Origin: an uncultured bacterium
GTDB lineage: Bacteria; Babelota; Babeliae; Babelales; Babelaceae
Length of the DNA stretch: 64,000 nucleotides
Assembly (NCBI GenBank): GCA_963713855.1
Contig: OY970209.1
Coordinates: 928,001 to 992,000, forward strand
Reading direction: 5' to 3'
Shown here: positions 10,344 to 20,932 of the stretch, piece by piece
Numbering within the stretch: the stretch's first letter is position 1
How the letters are laid out: each line of letters starts with the position of its first letter
Program-made: the position numbers and the translations under genes
The notes under the pieces: generated by a model
What the model was told of the DNA's origin: nothing
Databases searched by the model: none
The model's input: the letters and a program-made list of their open reading frames with translations, nothing else

Positions 10344-11716
10344 TGCAAAGGCACGAGACTTTCTATCTCATTTTGTAGCTCTTCGGGTTTATAGGAGGCT
10401 ATTTCGCTTGTCCATTTTTTATGTACTTTTTGAGTAGCAGGATCAAAGAGTATAAGCGAAGGAAAGCCCTGGATTCCAAATTGTTTCATTAGGCTTTTTG
10501 TATCTGCATCACTTTGATCACTAGCATCAACCGTCACAAAAATGACTTTTGGCAGGTTAAGGTGCCTAAGTACATTTGTTTCTACGCTTTTACAGACTGT
10601 GCACCAGCTTGCTGTAAAATCTATCAGTAATGGCTGCTGCAACGTTGTTGCTTTTTTTAAGGCTTCGCTATAGTTGATAAACCACTGGCTTAAAGTTCTC
10701 TCTTGGCCTTCTTGGTTAAAGGCGTAGGTACCAAAAGCTATCCCTAAGCCTCCCAAGAGTAAGAACATAGAAAGTTTATAAGCACACATGCCCTTTTTGG
10801 GCTCATCTTTTAATAAAGAAAAGTAATAGGCGCTAAGACCAAGGCATAAAGCTGTTCCTACTAGGAGTACCATTGTAATAGGCAGTATAAAGCTTAAGTA
10901 ATATAAGCAGGTTGCTAAAAGGGTTAGCCCAAAGAACTTTTTGACTTCGATCATCCAGCTACCAGCACGCGGTAAAAATCGTAGACTTTGTGAGAACGAG
11001 CTTATAAGAAGGAGAGGAACGCTTGAACCTAAACCGAAAAGGAATAGGAGCAAAAACCCCTGCGCTTGGCTTTCAAGTTGTGCAACAATGCTCAAGAGTA
11101 ATGCAAGGCCAGGCGATAAACACGGTGATGCCATTGTGCCGGTGGCTATACCAAAAAGAAACGAAGTCGTTAAGCCACCTTTTTTGGTGTTTTGGAGCGA
11201 CGAGCTTGAAAAAAACTGTGGTATATAGAGGGGATAAAAATCAAAGAGCGAAAAAGCCATGTACCCGAGGAGAACAACGATCGTTATAATGAACCACGGA
11301 TTATTAAAAAGTGCTCCATGGTAGGCAGTTCCCGAGGCTACTAAAAGTCCAAGGAGCGCAAATGTTGTTGCAAGCCCCGTAGTGTATGCAAAAGCATGGA
11401 TGGTATGCTGGAGCCATGACTGACCACCTCGTGCTTGCAAAATGCCTACCGTAATGGGAATCATCGGATAAATGCAGGGCGTTAAGCTCATCAAAATGCC
11501 AAGCAAAAAAGCGATTAAAAAGCGAAGCCAAACAGAGTCGGCTTTTTTCAGTAAATCGCTAAAATAACTGGATGTTTTTTTAATAGCACTCTGAACGGCT
11601 TGGAACGTACTTGTCGCGCTAACGCTTGTATGGGGTTGAGGCATCGGTTCAATTGATCCACCGCCCATAAAGCTAAAGAGCATGCCCATAAAGATTAAAA
11701 AATGTGCTTGAGCCAT
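10340..11716 (-). CDS. dsbD: DsbD/CcdA-type transmembrane disulfide reductase fused to thioredoxin
   Basis: SLTPCIYPMIP, ASPCLSP, LPRAGSWM; C-terminal DFTASWCTVC and GFPS. Confidence 0.88.
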   Translation of the reverse strand: MAQAHFLIFMGMLFSFMGGGSIEPMPQPHTSVSATSTFQAVQSAIKKTSSYFSDLLKKADSVWLRFLIAFLLGILMSLTPCIYPMIPITVGILQARGGQSWLQHTIHAFAYTTGLATTFALLGLLVASGTAYHGALFNNPWFIITIVVLLGYMAFSLFDFYPLYIPQFFSSSSLQNTKKGGLTTSFLFGIATGTMASPCLSPGLALLLSIVAQLESQAQGFLLLFLFGLGSSVPLLLISSFSQSLRFLPRAGSWMIEVKKFFGLTLLATCLYYLSFILPITMVLLVGTALCLGLSAYYFSLLKDEPKKGMCAYKLSMFLLLGGLGIAFGTYAFNQEGQERTLSQWFINYSEALKKATTLQQPLLIDFTASWCTVCKSVETNVLRHLNLPKVIFVTVDASDQSDADTKSLMKQFGIQGFPSLILFDPATQKVHKKWTSEIASYKPEELQNEIESLVPLH

Positions 11717-11813
11717 GATTGTGGGCCTTTATATACTATCTATTGAAAAACTGAGAACTTTTGTTAACCTAAGTATACAGTAAAAGAAAACACTCGCCAG
11801 AGTGGATGATTTT

Positions 11814-11889
11814 GGGGCTGTAGCTCAGTTGGTAGAGCGCATGGATGGCATTCATGAGGTCACCGGTTCGATCCCGGTCAGCTCCACCA
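11814..11889 (+). tRNA. tRNA-Ala (GGC)
   Basis: GGGGCTG acceptor with G3:U70, anticodon loop AT-GGC-AT, GTTCGATC, CCA end. Confidence 0.97.
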
Positions 11890-11987
11890 GATTAAATCCC
11901 AAAGTCCGTCTTAATGCGACTTCGAATTGAAGGCTTTCTTTTTAAATGTATACTTGTTGCTTGATACCCCCGCAAGCGAGGCTTTTT

Positions 11988-12671
11988 ATGGCAGCCACTC
12001 ATTTACATTACCTGCATGATATGGGTCAACTATCTTGCAAGGCACATGTTGTTCATGTTACAAAGGACGATGAAATGTACTCTGTAGTCCTTAATGAAAC
12101 TGTTTTTTATCCGCAGGGAGGTGGTCAGCCCTCTGATCTGGGGACCATGCAAAGTGATCGAGCACTTTTTAACGTACTTCATGTATCTATTGAAGATGGA
12201 GTTGTGTACCATAAAGGAACATTTAAGGAGGCTCCTTTTACTAAAGGGGATAAGGTTGAGCTCAATGTAGATGCTTCATTACGTGCACTTCACAGTAGAA
12301 TTCACACGGCTGGGCATGTGATTGATTACGCTCTTTCCAATCTTGGTTATTCACTGATTTCTGGAAAAGGGTACCACTTTCCACAAGGGCCTTATGTTGA
12401 ATATCGGGGTACACTCGAGCAATCGGAGCGCGACGCGCTCGTCCCTCGCTTAGAACAAGCGGCAAATAGCTTGGTTAAAGCGGAATTAAAAACGTCTATC
12501 AAGTTTATCGATAATGACTTAAAAAGAAGGTCATTAGTTATTGATAACTTTCCTCCCTTCTTATGTGGCGGAACTCACGTACTTACTACTAAAGACATAG
12601 GCCACATTCTCATTCGCAAAATCAAAAATGACAAAGGTAATATTCGCGTAAGCTACGCAATTACGGAGTAA
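11988..12671 (+). CDS. alaX: Free-standing alanyl-tRNA editing protein (AlaX)
   Basis: TVFYPQGGGQPSD, HTAGH and CGGTH zinc motifs. Confidence 0.9.
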   Translation: MAATHLHYLHDMGQLSCKAHVVHVTKDDEMYSVVLNETVFYPQGGGQPSDLGTMQSDRALFNVLHVSIEDGVVYHKGTFKEAPFTKGDKVELNVDASLRALHSRIHTAGHVIDYALSNLGYSLISGKGYHFPQGPYVEYRGTLEQSERDALVPRLEQAANSLVKAELKTSIKFIDNDLKRRSLVIDNFPPFLCGGTHVLTTKDIGHILIRKIKNDKGNIRVSYAITE

Positions 12672-12799
12672 TTACCCAGTAATACGAGCCGAAGAAAGCA
12701 ACGTCCATATGAGATCGAAGCGTTTCTTCGAAAGCTCTGAGCGGACAAAGCCTACCATCTGCTTGCGATAGGATCAAACTTATTTACTATGTCGCGCGC

Positions 12800-15016
12800 C
12801 TAGAGCTCCATTTTGACGAGAGAGCCAATGCTGTAGAGCAGGTGAATAATGAACCCATGAACTGTTGCGGCGGCTGAAACTACTTTTTCTCCGTTAGTCG
12901 ATTCTTCTGTATTGCCAGGCGACTTAAGCAAAGTGCTTAACTTACTAATCGCAGTCGAGTAAATGTGTCTTTCTCTGGCATTTTCGGTTTGCTCTAGTAA
13001 TCTCTGAAGTTTGAAGTACACATTTTCTACGATTTCAGGCGATATCTGTAATAAAGTTGTAATATCAAGGTTGTTTATAGATTTAGCTTGCAAAAGAGAA
13101 TTTTTCTCATTAGTGATTAAAGCTACTAATTCATTATTTCGGCCTTCTATTGTATCGTGCTCAACGGTTGCAAAAGCAAAGAGCTTGTCTCCACTCGTTG
13201 AATTGTTAGCAGCAGCGATGCGATCTTTTAGTCCGGCTCTGGCTGCAAAGATAACATCTGAGGGTAACAATTGTGTTATGACAAAAAAGAGCTGCTCATC
13301 AAAAACAGTTTTTTCGCTAACGCTTAATGGCCGTGATAATAGCTCTGGCAATAGCGAGTTCTGCATATCGTTATTTGCAAAAGCCATGGTAAGCAATAAA
13401 AAGAATTTTTGTTCATCCGTAAAATGATATTCTTGAGCTGATTGAGCTTGAACCCTATCAATTGCTTGCGAGACAAGTGCATAATTGGCCGAGTTCATGG
13501 GCAAAATACTCAGAGCGTGCAAAATAGTATGACGCAAAATTAATGGATCGCGCTCTTCCCTCAATAATTGGACTACAAAGTGTTGAGCATGTCTGATGCT
13601 GCCTACGTTTGGCGATTCAATACCCTCCGCGCTTTCTCTCACATGTTTAAAAGCCGAGACGGTGACTGCAGTTATCAATTTTTTTCTCTTCTCTTGAACG
13701 TCTTCATTGGCAAAAGCCTGAGTAAGATCGGGTATTATTTCATGTGCCCCAAAAGATGCCAGAGTATCCATTAGATAAGAAAATGTCTGCATATCGCCCT
13801 GTTGGGCTGTTTTCAATAAATAATTCAGCTTTTCTTGCCGAAGAACACGCACGTTTCTCAGGTAGTCGTGTAGGTGCTCATCGGATAAGTTATTTTGATC
13901 CAAAGTACCCGAAGTTTCAGGAGGAAGAACGTTTATGTCTGGTAAAACATCGTTTCGCTGATAAACAAAGGTGTTAAAGACAGTCAACGGAGTAGGCAAC
14001 TTTGGAAAGCCCAAACCGCCATCTAAAATAACATCTCTTTGAAAAGCTTTTTCATAACAATATATGACGAAAGTATCACAACGAAACCGCCCTCTGATCA
14101 TTGCTTTCTCTGTTGAAAATCCGTTACGTGATTCATCATACACGGCTCGGGAAGCATAACCTCCCTCTTGATACGCAAAATCTAACGTGTATTCCGGATC
14201 AAACTTTAATTGATTGAGGCCAGCTTGTAATGCAGCCGCAGCTTTGGACTTATGAACGAAAATCTTCCCCTACAGATTAGTCAAAGCTCTCAGTCCATAC
14301 CGTTCTCCCCAATAGGGACTCTCAAATTCAAAAGAGCGCATGGTGTTAACGTTGATTACTTTACTATTGTTTAACGCCTCTAAAACAAAATTTCCGTATT
14401 GGTAGGTATTAAGATCGAAATCGAGCGCCAATCCGACGTGCCCCAGCCACCCGGTCGCTGCTCCTTCGTTTAAATCTCGGCCTACCACATCCGCCAAGCA
14501 GACCGGAGGCTCATTGGTGCAGCAACGTCTGCTGCTGCCCTGCTCACAGTGGCCGACCCTTGTTCCAGCAGGACAGCCATAGAGTGGAAAGATACCATGA
14601 GAAACAAGTTCAACTCCGTACGTCCCCCTTTTGCACCAAGAAGCCCATGTTTCAGCCTTCACAGCTCCTGGTTGCTTCATTACATCCGCATAGTCGAAAG
14701 GGTTAAAAAAGCCTACTGGAGGCATTCCCCCGTATCCGTTGAAGACAGGCTTCTCCCATTGGCAATTTTGCCCAGGGGGTAATTCATTAAATAGCTGCGT
14801 TACTAAGTCATTTTTATCTTTTGCTTTGTACTTAAACTCATAGTGTTCGGTATGGCAGCTGTCAATCTTTGTTGGCGGTAACGCATGAGTGGGGGGTGTC
14901 GAATACCATTCCTCCAAAAACACGGGTAGCACCCTCTCGCCAGCTAGTCGAGAAAATGGACACAAAAGTAGAATGGACAGCTTTAAAAAAATGAATGACC
15001 TTCTCCGATAATTCAT
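12800..15016 (-). pseudogene. Secreted protein with permuted NlpC/P60 (YiiX/YebB-like) domain, split by a single in-frame TAG at 14270-14272
   Basis: ORFs 14270..15082 and 12800..14143 are in the same frame with 42 open codons between them. Motifs DVVGRDL, GHVGL, FRCDTFV; signal peptide after ATG 15016 (GGAGG RBS). Confidence 0.65.
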
Positions 15017-15258
15017 AGAACACCTCCACAGAAACTCGATGAAGTCCCACCAAGACACGCAAGCGCAGCGTAACACTCTCACAGCGGAAAGTCAAAAAAC
15101 AAAATTATTAGGCAAAGTTTTCAGGGTTTCAACACACGCAAGCAAACTCTTTTATTGACGTAATACCTTGATTTTGTGCGCGGCGTCTGATCTTCAGGCC
15201 ATGCCCTCACCTTGGGCATGTTAAGAGAGAATATCATAGGATGATTGAGCACTTATGA

Positions 15259-15414
15259 TTGTGCGTTTTAGCCAGCCTAACCTTTCTCGAGCGAAATAAT
15301 GTTGTTATAGAAACCGATTTTGATAGTCTCGTGAATTTGGCTGTAGAGGTAGCATCTTCGAATATAACTAAAGATCAAATTGCCCGATTTCTAGAGCAGA
15401 CCTCAGTCAAATGA
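15259..15414 (+). pseudogene. C-terminal remnant of a Doc/Fic (death-on-curing) toxin
   Basis: Translates to VLASLTFLERNNVVIETDFDSLVNLAVEVASSNITKDQIARFLEQTSVK*. The catalytic HxFxDGNKR part is missing. Confidence 0.6.
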
Positions 15415-15568
15415 TTCATAGTTATTAAGCTGCTAAGATAAATAGGCTTGCCTAACTAACAGAGATGATGCTTTAATAGAGTATGCGAGCTTGATTAAAT
15501 TTTTATGAGCTTTAGCTTTATTATCAAAAAAGGACTTACATGTTTTTTTCATTGACATATGTACACTG

Positions 15569-16471
15569 ATGAAAAGTATTCGATACGTCTTTCTTATTCT
15601 CACGATTATTTTTCATTCTTCGTGTCAAGCAACAACTGAAGTCTATGACTACGAGCTCTATCCTCATACTGTATATGTTGCGGATCCCACCGGTTTTCCT
15701 AACGAGTTTGTTTTAGCGCCAACGGTTTCACAATTCTGTCAGCAAAGCGATACTCGTTTTGAAGAACGCCTTTGGGGCGGTGTGATAGGGACTTTGCGGC
15801 TTGTGCGAGAGCCCTGGTGGATCGAGTGCATAACTGCGTACGCTACTGAGCGATTGCGCTTTAAAGATACCGGTATACATGGAAAGCTATCGCGCACCGG
15901 ATTTGACGACTTTCTTATAGATTGTGGGGGAAATTTTTTTCTTGATGAGGAAGGTAAGGTGCAGCTTAGTCTTCACTTTCTTACAGGTATCCCTCTTTTT
16001 AAGAGGGTCATTCGCGAGGAAGTTGAGCAGCCACTTGTTGGAACCCGAACATTCAATATAGGGCCAGCCGTAGATTTTACCTACGAGTTTATACGATCAG
16101 AGAAAGTGGAGCTTTTTGCAGCGGTTATAGCGCGCGTTCTTCATAGATTTTCACGAAAATATACGCCAATTTTTCCGCCCGAGGCACGCTTTTCACCGGG
16201 CAATGTAACGGATCTCGTATTTCTTATGCACTACCGTAACGGTAGCCACAACGTTGAAGCCGGATACAATCCAACATTTATAACCAATCAATCTTTAGAT
16301 TTTCCGCTTTTTAAGCAGAAAATTCCTTCGGTTAATCTATCCTCATTCTACGCACTCTATACCTATTACATCCAAAACCCAGCTATGTCAGTTCAGGCGG
16401 GATTTAATTACACTTTTAATCGGGCTATAAAACAGCCTACATGGTTTTTTTTGATCACGTGGTATTTTTGA
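15569..16471 (+). CDS. Hypothetical exported protein, possible outer-membrane beta-barrel
   Basis: Signal peptide, aromatic-rich alternating strands, C-terminal ...FLITWYF. Confidence 0.6.
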   Translation: MKSIRYVFLILTIIFHSSCQATTEVYDYELYPHTVYVADPTGFPNEFVLAPTVSQFCQQSDTRFEERLWGGVIGTLRLVREPWWIECITAYATERLRFKDTGIHGKLSRTGFDDFLIDCGGNFFLDEEGKVQLSLHFLTGIPLFKRVIREEVEQPLVGTRTFNIGPAVDFTYEFIRSEKVELFAAVIARVLHRFSRKYTPIFPPEARFSPGNVTDLVFLMHYRNGSHNVEAGYNPTFITNQSLDFPLFKQKIPSVNLSSFYALYTYYIQNPAMSVQAGFNYTFNRAIKQPTWFFLITWYF

Positions 16472-16476
16472 GCGGC

Positions 16477-17193
16477 TTACGATACGTGGTGCTTTAACAA
16501 TTGCCAGTGCTTTTCAGCACTTTCAAGATTAAATCGTTCTTCTGCTTCACAGATTGTATAATAGAGGCCAACAAAAGGTAGGCTTTTGTTAAGCGCAGTT
16601 TCGATTTCATGAAGATGTGCTATGGTATCATCAATGGCAAGCACCTTTGAAGGAGAATAATTAATCGCTTTGAGAAAATGGAGCAGCACCTGACCTTTAC
16701 TGTGTGAGCCACAAAAAATGACACCCTTTTCGTAAGCATAAGCTAAAGAGTCTTTTCCCGTAAAAGGTGCCGCATGGGCTTTTGAGGGCTTGAATATGAC
16801 ATCAATCGCTGCAAGTTGCTCTAACGTACGCTTTGCAATGAGCGGCGAACGCGCGGTGAGCGCAAAAGTGGGAACTTGTGCACTGTGAAGCTGCTTTATA
16901 AGTTGCGGAGTTGTCTCCTCAACTGGCTTTAGTACAATATGCGGCTGTAAGCACCTAAAGTAATGAACTACCTCTCGCTCAGCGTCAGCAAATGTTTTAC
17001 CCTCTTTCATTTTTTGACTAATCATATGGTTACACCACTGTTGGCTAGTCAAACCACTTTGAGGCTCAGCTATGGTATTGTCAATATCAAAAAAGACTAT
17101 CGGTTTAGGAGAATCAATATGATTGAGAATATCTGAAATGCTCCGGCTTTCTATAATGCGCGTGTTACTTGTATCAAATAATGGTAGGGGCAT
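16477..17193 (-). CDS. DUF2608-like HAD-superfamily protein
   Basis: FFDIDNT, ALTAR, GVIFC..SKG, AIDD motifs. Confidence 0.8.
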   Translation of the reverse strand: MPLPLFDTSNTRIIESRSISDILNHIDSPKPIVFFDIDNTIAEPQSGLTSQQWCNHMISQKMKEGKTFADAEREVVHYFRCLQPHIVLKPVEETTPQLIKQLHSAQVPTFALTARSPLIAKRTLEQLAAIDVIFKPSKAHAAPFTGKDSLAYAYEKGVIFCGSHSKGQVLLHFLKAINYSPSKVLAIDDTIAHLHEIETALNKSLPFVGLYYTICEAEERFNLESAEKHWQLLKHHVS

Positions 17194-17356
17194 TCATGTA
17201 TCCTTGATGAAATTTTTAAGGAGAGATTAAGCTTAGTCGAATTAACTTCAAGCTACAAGTATTAAACCCAAGATTCTCGGTAATTATTAGTGACACATGT
17301 GCTAAATATATTTTATAAAGTGTCTGCTAATTCTGCTGATTCATTACCGTTGAAAT

Positions 17357-20300
17357 TCACGGCTCCGTTTGGATGGCGGTAGAGGTATTGTAAACTAAGA
17401 AACCTGTTAGGCTCGCGATGATTGTAAGAGCACCAAGACCCAAAGGGATACCTACGGTAGTTCCTACTATGAGTCCAACAGGAAGACCATTGCCATCGCC
17501 ATTTGCTTGTGAACCGAAGAGTGTGGCAACGGTGACATCGTTTGAAGCGTAATTAGCAGTTGCGATATCGATGGACGTTGTGCTTGGCGAAAAAGTTATC
17601 GCAACGCATTTAGCAGAGTTATTAGGCAAGGCATAAGAAACGCCTTCATTAAGCGATCCGTCAGCTACGCTAAAGATGGTAAAGCTATTTGAATTGCTAT
17701 TCGCTGTTGCGATATACAAACCATTTGACGCTGCAGTTATTGATTGGGGGTTAAGGCTGCCTGCAGGTAGCGGAATAGATGTGCCGCCGCTTAAAGTACC
17801 TGCTTGGTACTGAAAACCGCTAACATCATTCGAGCCACCATTAGCGGTAAACAATAACGCGCTATTAGCATTGAGTGGTATGAAAATAAGCGACTGAGGT
17901 CCTGTAGACCCTGAGGGCAACGGGGTTAAAGCGCCCGAGCTTAAGCTGCCGGCGTTAAATTTAAAAAGGGCGATATTGTTTGAATCGTAATTAGCAGTTG
18001 CAAGATAAGAGCCATCGGGTGTAAAAGCTACTGCTGAAGGATTTTGGGCACCAGCAGGCAATGGATAAACAGCGCCATTGCTCAGTATTCCCGCGTTAAA
18101 ATCGAAAAGACCGATGTTATGTGAGCCTCGATTTGTAACAGCAAGATAAAAATTGTCGGGCGAGAGCTGTAACGCAGATGGATTGCTTGAATTAGCCGGC
18201 AATATATACGAAAGAGCATTCGTCAACTGACCAGCAGTTACTTGAAATACCGTTACATCGTTTGATTTGTCATTGGCGGTGAGCACGTATGAGCTATCAG
18301 CAGAAAAGATAACCGATGTTGGAAGTGAGGGATTTATCAAATTATACGGCAATGGGTATGATTTTTTTGCTCCTAAAGTATTATTGCCTTGATTGACATC
18401 GAAGAGAGTGACGTCGCTTGAGATATAATTCGCTGTTGCTAGATATGCATTATTGGGCGAAAGTGCAACCCCGACGGGCCCGCGCGATCTTTTGATATAA
18501 GGTGGTAATGGATAGACTGTTGTAGAGCCAAGCACTCCGTTTGTCACTGTAAAAACGCAGAGATCAGATGAACCACTATCTGCAGTTATCAGGTATGAAC
18601 CATTTGGCGAAAACGCAAGTGCGGAAGGGAAGGTTGAAGCAGTAGGTAATGGAGAGGATGTTCCATTAGTCAGTACCCCTCCTGCTTGCACGTTAAATAT
18701 GGTGACACTGTTTGGATCGGAATTTGCAGAAGCTACATAAAGACTGTCGGGTGAAAAGGCTATCCTTTGTGAATTTGTTGAAAAAGAGAAAGATACTGGA
18801 TAATTCGTGCCTCCACTAAGTCCTCCTGCACCGACATTAAACATCGTTATAAAAGAATTAGAAAGGTCGGAAGTCGCAACAGCGAGATATAACCCGTTCG
18901 GGGAAAATGCTACTGAATTAGTAGAACATTGATTAGTGCATGAAGGAATAGCGTATTTTGTGCCTCCAGTGAGTGCGCCACCACTTACATTAAATAAAGT
19001 TACGCTAAAGCTAATCCCGTTTGCTGTTGCAAGATGCAATCCGTCGGCTGAAAAAGCCAATGACAGCGGAAATAGGGAGCCTGGTATAGCGTAGCTCGTT
19101 GCTCCATTAAGTTGACCGCCTTCTTCAACCCCAAATAAGGTGATATCGTTCGATTCATAATTAAGAGTGGCCAAGTACGGACTAGTAGGAGAAAAGGCTA
19201 CTGTCCCTGGATAGGTTGAACCAGAAGGAAGTGAATAAGAAATTCCATTGTTCAGTACATTTGTGCCCATGTTGAGACCAAATATAGTTATACTATTTGC
19301 AAGGCCGTTAGCAGTAGCGAGATATGTGCTATTTGAGGAAAAAGCTACAGCGAAGGGCTCCACAAAATTAGAAAGAACTTCATAGGAAGTTTGGCCATTG
19401 AGTAGACCACCCGTTCCTACGTTAAAAACAGTAACATTATTTGCGTTCGTGTCAGTAGCAGCAAGATATAATCCATTTGGAGAAAATGCAACCGAGCTTC
19501 CCCCGGGTGGGTAAGAAGCACCATTCATGAGTACTCCGCCTGTTTCTACGTTAAAAACTGTTGTATAGCGCGAGCTTGCAATAGCTAAATATGCGCCGGA
19601 TGGCGAAAACGCTAGTTGTAACGGGTTGATAGTGTTAAAAGGAAGGGGGTAAGAAGTACCGGCATTGAGTGTTCCGCCAGCTTCTATACTAAATATGGTA
19701 ATATCTGACGAAGTATAATTGGCGCTTGCTAAATATGAGCCATCTGGTGAAAATGCAACTGAGTAACAGGTTGAAGACCCTGCTGGTAATGCGTAAGGCG
19801 TACCATTACTTAATGCTCCTGCTGTTTCTACGTTATAGAGAACTACGGAATTAGCGCTGGCTACAGCAAGAGAATAACCATTTGGTGAAAATGCCACTGA
19901 AGTAGGTGTAATAAATCCCGAAGGTAGTGCATACGAAGTACCGTTACTAAGAGCGCCTTCAGCTACGCTAAATATGGTTATGTCAGACGATCCATTGGCC
20001 AAAGCAAGGTACAATCCATTTGGTGAAAATGCTAAAGCAAAGGTATCGGAAGAGCCTGGCGGTAGAGAATAAGATGTTCTTGTTGTCAAAGTTCCGTCAG
20101 TTAACGCATCAAAAATGGTCACGTAATTAGGATATCCACTAACTGCAAGATATGAGCCATCCGGCGAATAGGCAAGAACATAGCAGATTCCTGTATACTG
20201 TGGCCCAGTCGGCGGGGGTAGAGCGTAAGAAGCATTAAAGGTCAATGCACCTGTTACTCCCACGCTAAATATTGTTATGTCATTTGTATTTTCGTTAGCC

Positions 20301-20599
20301 GTAGCAAAATATGCACCATTAGGCGAAAATACTCCTGCGCACGGCATAGTCTGTCCCAGAGGGAGTAAAGAGGAAGAACCGTTGTATAGGCTTCCGTTTC
20401 CTGACACACTAAACACCGAGACGTCATTTGCATTTGCCGAAGCCACATAGGCACCATTTGGAGAGATAGCTAGTGATCGAGGCCACATTGAAGCACCAGG
20501 CAATGAATAGCTTACTTCAGTGATTGCTTTTATTTGTACACAGAAAAGAAAGACGAGACTTAGAAGTGTGTTTCTTGCAATACGCCATTCAAATAACAT
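17357..20599 (-). CDS. Large beta-propeller repeat surface protein (21 WD40/lactonase-like blades) with C-terminal TM anchor
   Basis: Repeats of about 47 aa (SYxLP...AFSPxGxYLATAN..S.DITIF), signal peptide, C-terminal hydrophobic helix. Confidence 0.85.
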   Translation of the reverse strand: MLFEWRIARNTLLSLVFLFCVQIKAITEVSYSLPGASMWPRSLAISPNGAYVASANANDVSVFSVSGNGSLYNGSSSLLPLGQTMPCAGVFSPNGAYFATANENTNDITIFSVGVTGALTFNASYALPPPTGPQYTGICYVLAYSPDGSYLAVSGYPNYVTIFDALTDGTLTTRTSYSLPPGSSDTFALAFSPNGLYLALANGSSDITIFSVAEGALSNGTSYALPSGFITPTSVAFSPNGYSLAVASANSVVLYNVETAGALSNGTPYALPAGSSTCYSVAFSPDGSYLASANYTSSDITIFSIEAGGTLNAGTSYPLPFNTINPLQLAFSPSGAYLAIASSRYTTVFNVETGGVLMNGASYPPGGSSVAFSPNGLYLAATDTNANNVTVFNVGTGGLLNGQTSYEVLSNFVEPFAVAFSSNSTYLATANGLANSITIFGLNMGTNVLNNGISYSLPSGSTYPGTVAFSPTSPYLATLNYESNDITLFGVEEGGQLNGATSYAIPGSLFPLSLAFSADGLHLATANGISFSVTLFNVSGGALTGGTKYAIPSCTNQCSTNSVAFSPNGLYLAVATSDLSNSFITMFNVGAGGLSGGTNYPVSFSFSTNSQRIAFSPDSLYVASANSDPNSVTIFNVQAGGVLTNGTSSPLPTASTFPSALAFSPNGSYLITADSGSSDLCVFTVTNGVLGSTTVYPLPPYIKRSRGPVGVALSPNNAYLATANYISSDVTLFDVNQGNNTLGAKKSYPLPYNLINPSLPTSVIFSADSSYVLTANDKSNDVTVFQVTAGQLTNALSYILPANSSNPSALQLSPDNFYLAVTNRGSHNIGLFDFNAGILSNGAVYPLPAGAQNPSAVAFTPDGSYLATANYDSNNIALFKFNAGSLSSGALTPLPSGSTGPQSLIFIPLNANSALLFTANGGSNDVSGFQYQAGTLSGGTSIPLPAGSLNPQSITAASNGLYIATANSNSNSFTIFSVADGSLNEGVSYALPNNSAKCVAITFSPSTTSIDIATANYASNDVTVATLFGSQANGDGNGLPVGLIVGTTVGIPLGLGALTIIASLTGFLVYNTSTAIQTEP

Positions 20600-20932
20600 C
20601 GATTTCCTTAGAAATTGTTGCCAGCTGTTCGGAAGATAACTTCTACGTAGGTCTTAGCAAGATTGCTTTTATTTGTAAAACTATACAGTGCGTGCTCGTG
20701 CATATTAACACAGGTCTTATCCATGTCAAGCTTTATTCCCTCAGTTGGCCATTGGATATTAACGTAAATATAAGCACCAGTAAAAATCATGCGATTAACG
20801 CCTTCGGCAGCTTGTTTCAATCCAAGTATTAGAGTCGTACATAAAAGTGTCGGCGGACGAAAACACGAGGTATTAAGAAACCGAGTAGATGCCTATTACC
20901 AAGAACCTAAGAAAGTGTCCGAAGCGGCTGTC

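Noticed and set aside
14270..14272. Genome-wide TAG reassignment
   Set aside because: TAG serves as the normal stop for tolB, ftsH, the spoIID-like gene and others in this window.
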